Of a stretch of DNA of 64,000 bases, positions 56,788-64,000 are shown one piece after another (position 1 is the stretch's first letter; each line of letters starts with the position of its first letter). This stretch comes from a virus. Below the pieces are notes generated by a model that had not been told where the DNA came from, made no database searches, and saw nothing but the letters and a program-made list of their open reading frames with translations. The stretch spans positions 32,001-96,000 of IMG/VR virus record IMGVR_UViG_3300032053_005343, one strand, 5' to 3'. The position numbers were made by a program, and so were the translations under genes.

Positions 56788-57226
56788 TTTCCTCAATATC
56801 TTTCAAAATCGACAATTTATTTTTTGTCCCAGTATCTACATATCTTGCATTTTCTTCTGGAGAAAAGATACTCACAACTATTTTTTCGTCACTTATTTTT
56901 CTCTTCTCTATTTCTTTTTTATATAATATATCTAATTTTTTAATTATTGTATTTAAAGTCTTTTTAGCCGAAAGAGATTTAATCCAACCATCTTTAATAA
57001 TACCAATTAATAATTTTTGAATTAAAGGATTATTAAAATCTGTTAATTTACTTAAGTTGCTTATGCCTTTAATTTCTCTCGGATATTTTTTGGCCCAATA
57101 ATTATTGGATTTCCAGAATCGAGGACCGAGTTTCTTATCCATATTTAAACACACTAATTCTACGACGTAATTACGAAAATCTATAGGAAGACCTGGGGTT
57201 GTTGGTGAATCAAAAGTCTTTTCCAT
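56771..57226 (-). CDS. hypothetical protein
   Basis: ORF in the operon with coupled boundaries. Confidence 0.6.
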   Translation of the reverse strand: MEKTFDSPTTPGLPIDFRNYVVELVCLNMDKKLGPRFWKSNNYWAKKYPREIKGISNLSKLTDFNNPLIQKLLIGIIKDGWIKSLSAKKTLNTIIKKLDILYKKEIEKRKISDEKIVVSIFSPEENARYVDTGTKNKLSILKDIEENGKKE

Positions 57227-57228
57227 TT

Positions 57229-57642
57229 TTATTCTTCGTTACAGATAAGAAAAAATCCACATTTGTCCTTATTTCGCGTTTCTTTTCCCACCATTTCTCC
57301 GTCCTCGGATATCCAAAACAATGTTGCATTTACACCATCATAATATCCAACACAAATTCCTTGCACTTCTACGTTTCCCATAAAAATTTTTACCATCTTT
57401 TTACCAAAACAATAACCTTTTTGTAATTTTGGCATATCAAAACTTTTATTTCCTTCGATAAGTCTAAGGTCTACGATTTTTAAATCTGGATTTAATTGTA
57501 AAAATTGTTTTAGTCTTATCCATGAATGAGGCCCATCTTTTCTCTCGTCTTGAAAGACTTCTTTGTTATTTGATAAAGTTGCAACATAATATTTGCTGCA
57601 ATTTGTCGGAACCATAAAACTTATTAATTCTTCATTATTCAT
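57229..57642 (-). CDS. hypothetical protein
   Basis: ORF in the operon with coupled boundaries. Confidence 0.6.
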   Translation of the reverse strand: MNNEELISFMVPTNCSKYYVATLSNNKEVFQDERKDGPHSWIRLKQFLQLNPDLKIVDLRLIEGNKSFDMPKLQKGYCFGKKMVKIFMGNVEVQGICVGYYDGVNATLFWISEDGEMVGKETRNKDKCGFFLICNEE

Positions 57643-57997
57643 TCTTTTTTACTCCGGAGTACCTTTCACTATCAGCCTTCATGGATTCTGATGCCGTCAT
57701 AATAGTAGTTCCTTTCCCCCCATCTATTGGGTTTTTTATTTTTATACTTATAACATTAGCGTTTTTTGGTTTGTTATCTTTTGGAACAATAGGTGAAGAT
57801 GTTGATTCTGATTGTTCGTAGAGAAACAAATCTGAAACAATATACGTATTTATAAATTCTTCAAATAATGTCGTACATCTATTAAAAAGATCTAACTTAT
57901 TTTTGGTTTGTTTTAAGGGTTTGTCGTTTTTATAAAAAAGTTTTCGGTCTAAAAATTTTGAAAAATCATCAGACAGTTTTTTATCTACATGTTTCAT
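57635..57997 (-). CDS. hypothetical protein
   Basis: AAGGA RBS; C-terminal TIMTASESMKAD. Confidence 0.55.
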   Translation of the reverse strand: MKHVDKKLSDDFSKFLDRKLFYKNDKPLKQTKNKLDLFNRCTTLFEEFINTYIVSDLFLYEQSESTSSPIVPKDNKPKNANVISIKIKNPIDGGKGTTIMTASESMKADSERYSGVKKNE

Positions 57998-58012
57998 TTT
58001 ATTTCCTTTATT

Positions 58013-58327
58013 TTAATTTAAATAATTTCTTTGCGCCAGCGTTAAATGTGTCCTGTTTTTCGTTTTTAGGAAAAGAACATAATAATCAAAACATAATTTA
58101 TTACATTTTTTCAAATTGTAGGATAGTCCACCCTTCTCCAAATCTTTTTTGTTTCTATTGTCATAAGATTGAGGATTAAACAAATCGCCATCATTGGAAA
58201 TCAACACAAAATTCATATCACCAATCGTATAGGCGAAAACATCTTTATTTGAATACAATGTTGCTTCTGTTTCGGATTTAGTAATATGTGGAGTACCATT
58301 TTTATCTATGTATTTTATGTCGTGCAT
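58013..58327 (-). CDS. hypothetical protein
   Basis: AGGAG RBS; C-terminal FDYYVLFLKTKN..LTLAQR. Confidence 0.6.
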   Translation of the reverse strand: MHDIKYIDKNGTPHITKSETEATLYSNKDVFAYTIGDMNFVLISNDGDLFNPQSYDNRNKKDLEKGGLSYNLKKCNKLCFDYYVLFLKTKNRTHLTLAQRNYLN

Positions 58328-58671
58328 TATTTTCTCCTATTAACTTTAAAAATAACGTCGCAGTCAGGACTTAATCCACCACCATGTTGAATATTTTCAT
58401 CTATTTCGAATTTAGTTTGATCATTTGCTGCTCCTGGATAAAATTGTCCTTTGATTGAGATAACCCTATTTATATTTTTACAATTTTCGCAATAAACAGC
58501 TATTCTTGTGGTGATAGGATTTTTATTTTCTCCTACAAGTTCTTCGTTTGTTTTTGTTAATTGAAAAATCATGAGATTTTTTTCGCACTTATTACATTTT
58601 GCTACGACAGAACCTCTGTCTGCAATACCAAGAGTAATTCTTTTTCCTGGTTCATTTATATTTAATTCCAT
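58327..58671 (-). CDS. Zn-ribbon hypothetical protein
   Basis: CNKC..CENC; TAATG coupling on both sides. Confidence 0.6.
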   Translation of the reverse strand: MELNINEPGKRITLGIADRGSVVAKCNKCEKNLMIFQLTKTNEELVGENKNPITTRIAVYCENCKNINRVISIKGQFYPGAANDQTKFEIDENIQHGGGLSPDCDVIFKVNRRK

Positions 58672-59210
58672 TAAATTTCTCCTTTATCTACGGTTATATG
58701 TTTCCATATTTTCTTTCTTTTGATATATGAAATTGTTTGTCTCGTTACATTAAATATGTCGGCGATTTCTTGCTGAATTAAATATCCATCTTCTATTAAT
58801 CTTATAATTATTCTAACTTTCCAGTCATTTAATTTTGCTAACCCCTGCTTAGAACCCTTAATAAAAGTCCCGTGTTTAATTGAATCTTTAGCATTATTTT
58901 TATGTGTATCCCATCTCAAATTTCCAACATAGTTATTTGAGGGTTTTCCATCATTGTGGCATCCTTCCATCCCTGGTGGGCAAGGACCAACAAATGCTTC
59001 AAGAACCAATCTATGTATAGAATAATTTTTTCTTATATTATTTTTATACAAACTTACTTGCAAATGTCCATATTTATTGATTTTTAAAGATTTTAAAATT
59101 TTAAATGGTTTATGATTTTTATTTCTATTGAATCGTTTTATTCCTCCGTAATTTGATACTTGATATAATCCTTCATAATCTTTAATATCTTTCCAAATTT
59201 CCTCGGTCAT
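58671..59210 (-). CDS. NUMOD4-HNH homing endonuclease
   Basis: EIWKDIKDYEGLYQVSNYG; HRLVLEAFVGPCPPGMEGCHNDGKPSNNYVGNLRWDT. Confidence 0.9.
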   Translation of the reverse strand: MTEEIWKDIKDYEGLYQVSNYGGIKRFNRNKNHKPFKILKSLKINKYGHLQVSLYKNNIRKNYSIHRLVLEAFVGPCPPGMEGCHNDGKPSNNYVGNLRWDTHKNNAKDSIKHGTFIKGSKQGLAKLNDWKVRIIIRLIEDGYLIQQEIADIFNVTRQTISYIKRKKIWKHITVDKGEI

Positions 59211-59380
59211 TTGGTTTTATCTTCTATTTCCTTCACAACAAGATTTTTATCTATTTTCATTTCTTCACGATCTTTATCGCCCATAATATTCAATTTCTTT
59301 TTACCAAACACAGATTCCCAGTTTGCGGTTTCAATCTCCGGAGAAACTTGGCATTTACGTTTATTAGAACCTTTCCCCAT
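59207..59380 (-). CDS. small hypothetical protein (57 aa, not in the ORF track)
   Basis: MGKGSNKRK..ANWESVFGKK; AAGGA RBS; ATGA overlap with the HNH gene. Confidence 0.65.
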   Translation of the reverse strand: MGKGSNKRKCQVSPEIETANWESVFGKKKLNIMGDKDREEMKIDKNLVVKEIEDKTK

Positions 59381-59391
59381 TTTAAAATCCT

Positions 59392-59568
59392 TTAAATTAT
59401 TGGCCAGTTAATATCATTATTTTCTTTTAATCTTTCATCAAACAATTTTTTTAATTCCAGTGGGTCGTCATCAATAATTCTGTTGAGACAAAAACATTTT
59501 ACTGTTCTAACAAACAAAAGGATCTCTCCCGTTCCTTTACAGTCCGGACACTTAGGGTCTGGCATCAT
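59392..59568 (-). CDS. small Zn-finger protein (58 aa, not in the ORF track)
   Basis: MMPDPKCPDCKGTG..KCFC (DnaJ-like CxxCxGxG); TATAAT 5 nt upstream of the ATG. Confidence 0.6.
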   Translation of the reverse strand: MMPDPKCPDCKGTGEILLFVRTVKCFCLNRIIDDDPLELKKLFDERLKENNDINWPII

Positions 59569-59574
59569 AACGTA

Positions 59575-60141
59575 TTATACTATGGATTTAATTACTTTTT
59601 CGACGAAAGTTCCGTTGGCTTTAGTGAATTTTGCCAAAAGATTTTTATGCTTCTCCGTCAAAGGTCCGCCATTAGATGTTTGAGATTCAATAGCACCCTT
59701 AACTCTTCTTTGGGTTTCTGGGTCAACATTTTTAACCGCCTTGGTTACTAAATTTAACATATTCATACTATTCTTAGCTTTAAGATAATATTTGAGAAAT
59801 ATACCGATGGCCAAAAGAAAAATAATAGCCATTAAAGAAGTGCCGACAATAACGGCCAATGCCCCACTATATTTGATTATTCCTGAATTATTTACAGTCT
59901 TACTTACTTCAAATAATTGTTGTTTTAATTCCTCTATAGTTTCGGCATCAACTTTGTTGTCAACTATTTTTTCAAGTTTATTTAAATTATTTTCTACCGA
60001 TGCAATTTTTGCCATAGCCTCTGTTTTAACGGCTCCCGGAGAAACACAAGACGTTGTAAAGAAAAGTATTATACCCGCTATTATTCCTGCTAACAATATT
60101 GCCAACATCCCAGAGCCAAACATAATTTTATTTCTTAACAT
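59575..60141 (-). CDS. membrane protein: signal/lipoprotein-like N-terminus, coiled coil, second TM helix
   Basis: MLAILLAGIIAGIILFFTTSC; heptads; GALAVIVGTSLMAIIFLLAIGIFL. Confidence 0.65.
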   Translation of the reverse strand: MLRNKIMFGSGMLAILLAGIIAGIILFFTTSCVSPGAVKTEAMAKIASVENNLNKLEKIVDNKVDAETIEELKQQLFEVSKTVNNSGIIKYSGALAVIVGTSLMAIIFLLAIGIFLKYYLKAKNSMNMLNLVTKAVKNVDPETQRRVKGAIESQTSNGGPLTEKHKNLLAKFTKANGTFVEKVIKSIV

Positions 60142-60550
60142 TTTTTTTCTTACCACCAAAGATTTTATTCACTAACTCATCAGCTAACTTATTGTTTTCT
60201 CTAGATTCCCATTTTATTGAGAATTCTTTAAATTGCTCTAATAATTCTAAAACTTTATCCCTATGCTTAATCAATTCTTCGTTATTTGTTTTTGCTGCCT
60301 TTGTAATCTGTTTTACAATCAATTGACTATCAACTATTATATGAATTATTTCAATTTTTTCTTTAAGAGCATGTGTCAAACCGGCGATCAACCCCCGGTA
60401 CTCGGCTATATTACTTGTGCCTTTTTTTCCACATTTTTTAGAACCTTGAAAAACAATTTCCTTAACATCTTCTGGATTGAATGCAATCCAAGCACAAGCC
60501 ATTCTACCTTCTCTTATTCCTCCGTCCGTCCTCAGTATAATCTCTCTCAT
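60128..60550 (-). CDS. rnhA: ribonuclease HI
   Basis: TDGG; TSNIAEYRGL; VDSQLIVKQ; W.SRENNKLADEL. Confidence 0.92.
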   Translation of the reverse strand: MREIILRTDGGIREGRMACAWIAFNPEDVKEIVFQGSKKCGKKGTSNIAEYRGLIAGLTHALKEKIEIIHIIVDSQLIVKQITKAAKTNNEELIKHRDKVLELLEQFKEFSIKWESRENNKLADELVNKIFGGKKKNVKK

Positions 60551-61182
60551 TGTATGTGTTTCCAACTCTTGTTGTTTATAATATCATAAATTGTGTTTGA
60601 ATGAACATTATAGATATTGGCTATTTCTTTTACGGAAAATCCATTTTTATACATTGCTCTAATTTCTTGAATATTAAGATCTGTTAATTTTGCAAAATGA
60701 TTTTTAGATCCCTGGTGTGTAATACTCATTTTAAGCTTACTTTCTTTGGTGTGCTTATTGCCGTCACGAGAAAGTCCAATATTTCTTTTGTGACTATCGG
60801 TTAATATTCTACCACTCATTGCTATACTTATTTTTGATTTAGATTTTTCACTATGTTTTCGTCCAAGCATAGGAAATGTACCTGGATTAATAATATTAAA
60901 TCCATATTTATGATCAAAACACTTAGTCCTTTTGAACCAACTTAATTCTCTTTCTATCAAAAGATTAGTTTTAACATTTTCCATTATTTCAAATTTAAAA
61001 TTATTTTCTCCATATTTATTCCAGGAATTTTGTAAATATGTGTTCGGATGTGCATTTCTTTTTAACGCACTTTTATGTAATTTCCATCTGATTATTATAT
61101 TTGTTGAACTTCCTATATAAAATTTATTATTTTTTAAACACGTTATCTTATAAATCCCACCAATATGACCTTTTATAAACAT
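60547..61182 (-). CDS. GIY-YIG homing endonuclease with NUMOD3 repeats and HTH
   Basis: GGIYKI..FYIGSS..RW..H; GRKHSEKSKSKIS, HTKESKLKMS; C-terminal HTH. Confidence 0.9.
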   Translation of the reverse strand: MFIKGHIGGIYKITCLKNNKFYIGSSTNIIIRWKLHKSALKRNAHPNTYLQNSWNKYGENNFKFEIMENVKTNLLIERELSWFKRTKCFDHKYGFNIINPGTFPMLGRKHSEKSKSKISIAMSGRILTDSHKRNIGLSRDGNKHTKESKLKMSITHQGSKNHFAKLTDLNIQEIRAMYKNGFSVKEIANIYNVHSNTIYDIINNKSWKHIQ

Positions 61183-62102
61183 TATCTTTCAGCCCCAGGG
61201 CAGATTCTCTTAAAATTGCAATAAATACATTTATTGAGATTCTCGGTCATTTCAAATAATTCTCTATCTTCCCTATTCTTATGGGCCTTCGCCAATAGAG
61301 GATATTCTCTTTTAATAATATCAATTTGATTTTTAATCTGCAATTTATTAATCTCAATTGTAGGAAATGCTGCCACGGGATCGTCCTCAAAATAGGCTAG
61401 AAACGCCGGAATAATTACTATATCTTCTAACTTTTCTACCCATTTCATTTTTAGGGCATACATCGAATAAACAGTCATCTGTTCAACAATGTCATTGTTC
61501 GGCTTACCTGTTTTGAAATCTACGAGAATCAGCTTTCCATTATCCTTAAACGCGCAGTCTAATTTGACACTAATTTCTTCTCCTGTTATCATTTTAAATT
61601 TTTGAAATTCCTCGACAGTTATCCATTGATTTTTTTCTAGTGAACTCATAGTTTTAAACAGGTCACACTTGTAAAAAGCTTCTATGCATTTTAATGCTTT
61701 TATTTTATAGCTACTCAACTTTTGCTTGTCGGGCATTCTGTCATAATACATTTCGAAGAAGTTTACCTTTTTGGCACTAGTTTTCCATTCTTGATTTTTT
61801 GATTCCACCCATCCCTTCCGCAACAAATTAACAACTTTATCTTTAGAATCATTTAAAGATATCCATTTTCCGGTTGACCTAAAAGTTTTAATCGCATACT
61901 CTATTGTTTCATGTACAATCGAACCGACATACATCGGAAAATTAGTCAAGTTCTTTAATAGATATGCTTCTTTTTGTTCTTTTGTGGCATTCTTCATCCA
62001 GCCCCCCCAAGAGGCAAAGTAATTATACCAGTATTTGCGAGCACATTCCCGGAGAGTTTTAATCCTACTGGCCGACCAAGAAAAATTTAATTCTAAAGAC
62101 AT
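61182..62102 (-). CDS. PD-(D/E)XK exonuclease with Fe-S staple (Cas4/RecB-like)
   Basis: SASR..C; GSIVHE; KLD; VDFKTG; Q..VY; CIYC...C. Confidence 0.85.
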   Translation of the reverse strand: MSLELNFSWSASRIKTLRECARKYWYNYFASWGGWMKNATKEQKEAYLLKNLTNFPMYVGSIVHETIEYAIKTFRSTGKWISLNDSKDKVVNLLRKGWVESKNQEWKTSAKKVNFFEMYYDRMPDKQKLSSYKIKALKCIEAFYKCDLFKTMSSLEKNQWITVEEFQKFKMITGEEISVKLDCAFKDNGKLILVDFKTGKPNNDIVEQMTVYSMYALKMKWVEKLEDIVIIPAFLAYFEDDPVAAFPTIEINKLQIKNQIDIIKREYPLLAKAHKNREDRELFEMTENLNKCIYCNFKRICPGAER

Positions 62103-62632
62103 CTTATTCCATTCTTTATTCTTGATATAGTAGCCTGAACAACATTAAATATTTCGGAGATTTCTTTTTGGGTTAAATAATCGTCCTCTATTAATCTTGT
62201 AATAACCCTAAATTGTGATTCGTTTAATTTTGAACTATGATGTTTTGATCCTTTTGGAGGAGTGGGAAAGATAGAATAATGGGTGCCATGCTTAATAGAA
62301 TCTTGGGCATTTTCTGATTTTGTTCCCCATTTTAAATTTTCTAATCTATTATTTTGGGGATTACCATCAAGATGTCTACACTCCATTCCGGGTGGACATG
62401 GACCTACAAAAGCTATTAAAACTAATCTGTGAATATAGAATGTTTTTATTTCATTGTTTTTACATAGGGCGACACCAATATGACCCATTGCGTCACAGCG
62501 ACGTTGTTTTAAAATCTTTTGTTTTTCATATTTTAAACTTTTAATTCTCCCCAAATCAGAAACTTCATATAATCCTTCATAATTAATAATAGGCTTCCAA
62601 ATCTCTTTTGCTGTTTCTGTAATTTTAGCCAT
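62093..62632 (-). CDS. NUMOD4-HNH homing endonuclease
   Basis: EIWKPIINYEGLYEVSDLGRIKS; GPCPPGMECRHLDGNPQNNRLENLKWGT. Confidence 0.9.
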   Translation of the reverse strand: MAKITETAKEIWKPIINYEGLYEVSDLGRIKSLKYEKQKILKQRRCDAMGHIGVALCKNNEIKTFYIHRLVLIAFVGPCPPGMECRHLDGNPQNNRLENLKWGTKSENAQDSIKHGTHYSIFPTPPKGSKHHSSKLNESQFRVITRLIEDDYLTQKEISEIFNVVQATISRIKNGIRCL

Positions 62633-62778
62633 TAATAAATCCAAACCTCAACATAATCACAACATGGTTCTTCGATATAATATATTGGAGATGGAACATA
62701 TACTGTATCTGTCACAAAATCTATATCACAACCGCTGATTAAAACTAAAAAACCAATTCCTAACAATAATTTTTTCAT
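62632..62778 (-). CDS. small lipoprotein
   Basis: MKKLLLGIGFLVLISGC, a canonical lipobox; GGAAGG RBS. Confidence 0.7.
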   Translation of the reverse strand: MKKLLLGIGFLVLISGCDIDFVTDTVYVPSPIYYIEEPCCDYVEVWIY

Positions 62779-62779
62779 T

Positions 62780-63154
62780 TTATTCCTTCCAAAATATATA
62801 AACATTTTTACCATCCCTCTTTGCGAGATCAATACTATTTTTCGTTCCCTTTGATTCTCCGTTCCAAAAAGCTATGATGGCGTCTGATTGATTTATTATT
62901 AATTTGTTTCTTTTAAATCCGGCGCTTTTTCCGTACTGATTCCAATCTGGTAAAATTTCTGTTATAGGAATATTTTTTTCTTCTGCGTATCTTCTTGCGA
63001 GACTGTCTGCGCCTTTCGCGCCTCCACTTACAATTTCAGAAAAAGAAAAACTATCAAGAATTTCTTTCATAAATTCATAGTTAACAAAAGTTCGTGAACC
63101 TATTACACCAACTTTATTAAAATCTTTTATCACCATAAATTCTATATTATTCAT
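62780..63154 (-). CDS. SLOG/YspA-like (DUF2493-like) protein
   Basis: VIGSRTF..IVSGGAKGADSLA..AGFKRN..AFWNGESKGT. Confidence 0.85.
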   Translation of the reverse strand: MNNIEFMVIKDFNKVGVIGSRTFVNYEFMKEILDSFSFSEIVSGGAKGADSLARRYAEEKNIPITEILPDWNQYGKSAGFKRNKLIINQSDAIIAFWNGESKGTKNSIDLAKRDGKNVYIFWKE

Positions 63155-63879
63155 TTTTCATCCATTGTTATTAATGCGTCGTCAATTATTTGATTATTAT
63201 CTATTGTTCCCGAAGAAAAATGGAGAATGTATGGCTTGTAAATTTTAACTCTATGTAACCATTCTTTTACATATCCAACCCCACCGTTGCAGGGATGTGA
63301 ATTATAAATATTACCGTTCAATAATTTAATTTTATAGATATCGTTATGGTTTTTATATAGATTTGTAATTAATTCCGATAATGCTCGTTGGTCCCTAGAC
63401 GGAGCATTGTGTAAACTTTTTTGTCTTTCCACCCACTGGTTTATAAAATCTTTTATTTGATCACAATTTTTAAGTGCTACGAATCCCGCGCTTATATTAT
63501 TTGTTCTATATTTTTCCTTGACTTCTGGATAAATTGTAACAAAAATATTTGCATTTTCTTTGAACAAATTATTAAGATCCTTCACAATTAAGCAATCAAT
63601 ATCTAAAAGAAGAATATTTTCAAATTTATTATTATTAATAAAATATTTTAATGATTCAGCCTTTCTTGCGCAATTTATACCAAAACATGTCGAATCATCA
63701 TCAAATATTTCAATAAATTTTACTTTATTTAAATTTTTATACTTGTTAAGATCAGATTGATCTATTTCGTTTGTGTAGATAAAAATATTTTCTACGGAAG
63801 ATTGGTCGTTCCAATTTTTAAGTGTTTTTTCTAGTTTTGAAAAATAACTTGCTGAGCAAAAACTAATTATGTCAAACAT
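63151..63879 (-). CDS. GT-A nucleotide-diphospho-sugar transferase
   Basis: KAE..LLLDIDC (DXD)..ISAGFV..DQRAL..YN..ILHF. Confidence 0.78.
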   Translation of the reverse strand: MFDIISFCSASYFSKLEKTLKNWNDQSSVENIFIYTNEIDQSDLNKYKNLNKVKFIEIFDDDSTCFGINCARKAESLKYFINNNKFENILLLDIDCLIVKDLNNLFKENANIFVTIYPEVKEKYRTNNISAGFVALKNCDQIKDFINQWVERQKSLHNAPSRDQRALSELITNLYKNHNDIYKIKLLNGNIYNSHPCNGGVGYVKEWLHRVKIYKPYILHFSSGTIDNNQIIDDALITMDEK

Positions 63880-63880
63880 T

Positions 63881-64000
63881 TTATTCTGGTTCTAGTCCAT
63901 TGTGTTTTAGAAAATTTTCAAAACCTTTACCCTTTGGCTCTTTCCAGTCGCAGTCGGTGGCTAACCCGATCCCTTTCCCTCCATAGTCTTTGTATTCGGC
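63881..64000 (-). CDS. 3' end of a truncated CDCG-family homing-endonuclease-like ORF (partial)
   Basis: Reads AEYKDYGGKGIG..W..KGFENFLKHNGLEPE*, matching YKDYGGRGI..W..GFENFL of 50483/46722 but stopping before LDRIDNN. Confidence 0.65.
   Translation of the reverse strand, partial: AEYKDYGGKGIGLATDCDWKEPKGKGFENFLKHNGLEPE

Noticed and set aside
11174-62632. Group I/II introns hosting the HNH and GIY-YIG ORFs
   Set aside because: The flanking genes are complete on each side and there is essentially no non-coding space for ribozyme cores.
14976-63760. Many short + strand ORFs in the ORF track (and minus-strand ORFs at 4164-9698)
   Set aside because: They are antisense or out-of-frame shadows of well-supported genes, with low-complexity F/L/S/I-rich translations and no RBS.
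1-64000. CRISPR array, tRNA or rRNA genes, or RNA-guided nuclease loci
   Set aside because: No spaced direct repeats or cloverleaf-like segments seen by eye; intergenic gaps are about 100 nt or less. A tRNAscan/Infernal run would be needed to be certain.
1-64000. Stop-codon reassignment (code 15 or 4) as in some large phages
   Set aside because: Long conserved genes are intact in the standard code, and TAA, TAG and TGA all end genes at sensible positions.

Overview
AT-rich, very gene-dense segment of a large tailed dsDNA bacteriophage (jumbo/huge-phage-like), readable in the standard genetic code, with no rRNA, tRNA or CRISPR array that I could see. Positions 1-14.2 kb are mostly + strand and hold putative virion/structural genes: tandem paralogues and a protein with 14-aa repeats. 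Positions 14.1-64 kb form one long, tightly coupled minus-strand block. It carries a replication/recombination module: RecA-like, DnaB, DnaG, SSB, RNase HI, dNMP kinase, two Fe-S PD-(D/E)XK nucleases, a sigma-like factor, a Rad52/Sak-like annealase and a Whirly-like ssDNA-binding protein. The family C polymerase (DnaE) is split into two genes about 18 kb apart, with no split intein. Between and around the two halves lies a large sugar-biosynthesis and modification locus: about 10 glycosyltransferases, Gmd, a DegT aminotransferase, a cupin, a sulfotransferase, LicD, a cytidylyltransferase-methyltransferase fusion and other methyltransferases. About 20 free-standing homing-endonuclease-like genes and two inteins are interspersed; one intein has a LAGLIDADG domain and sits in a glycosyltransferase, the other has HNH+HTH domains and sits in DnaE. 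All protein calls come from motif recognition by eye; no database search was run.
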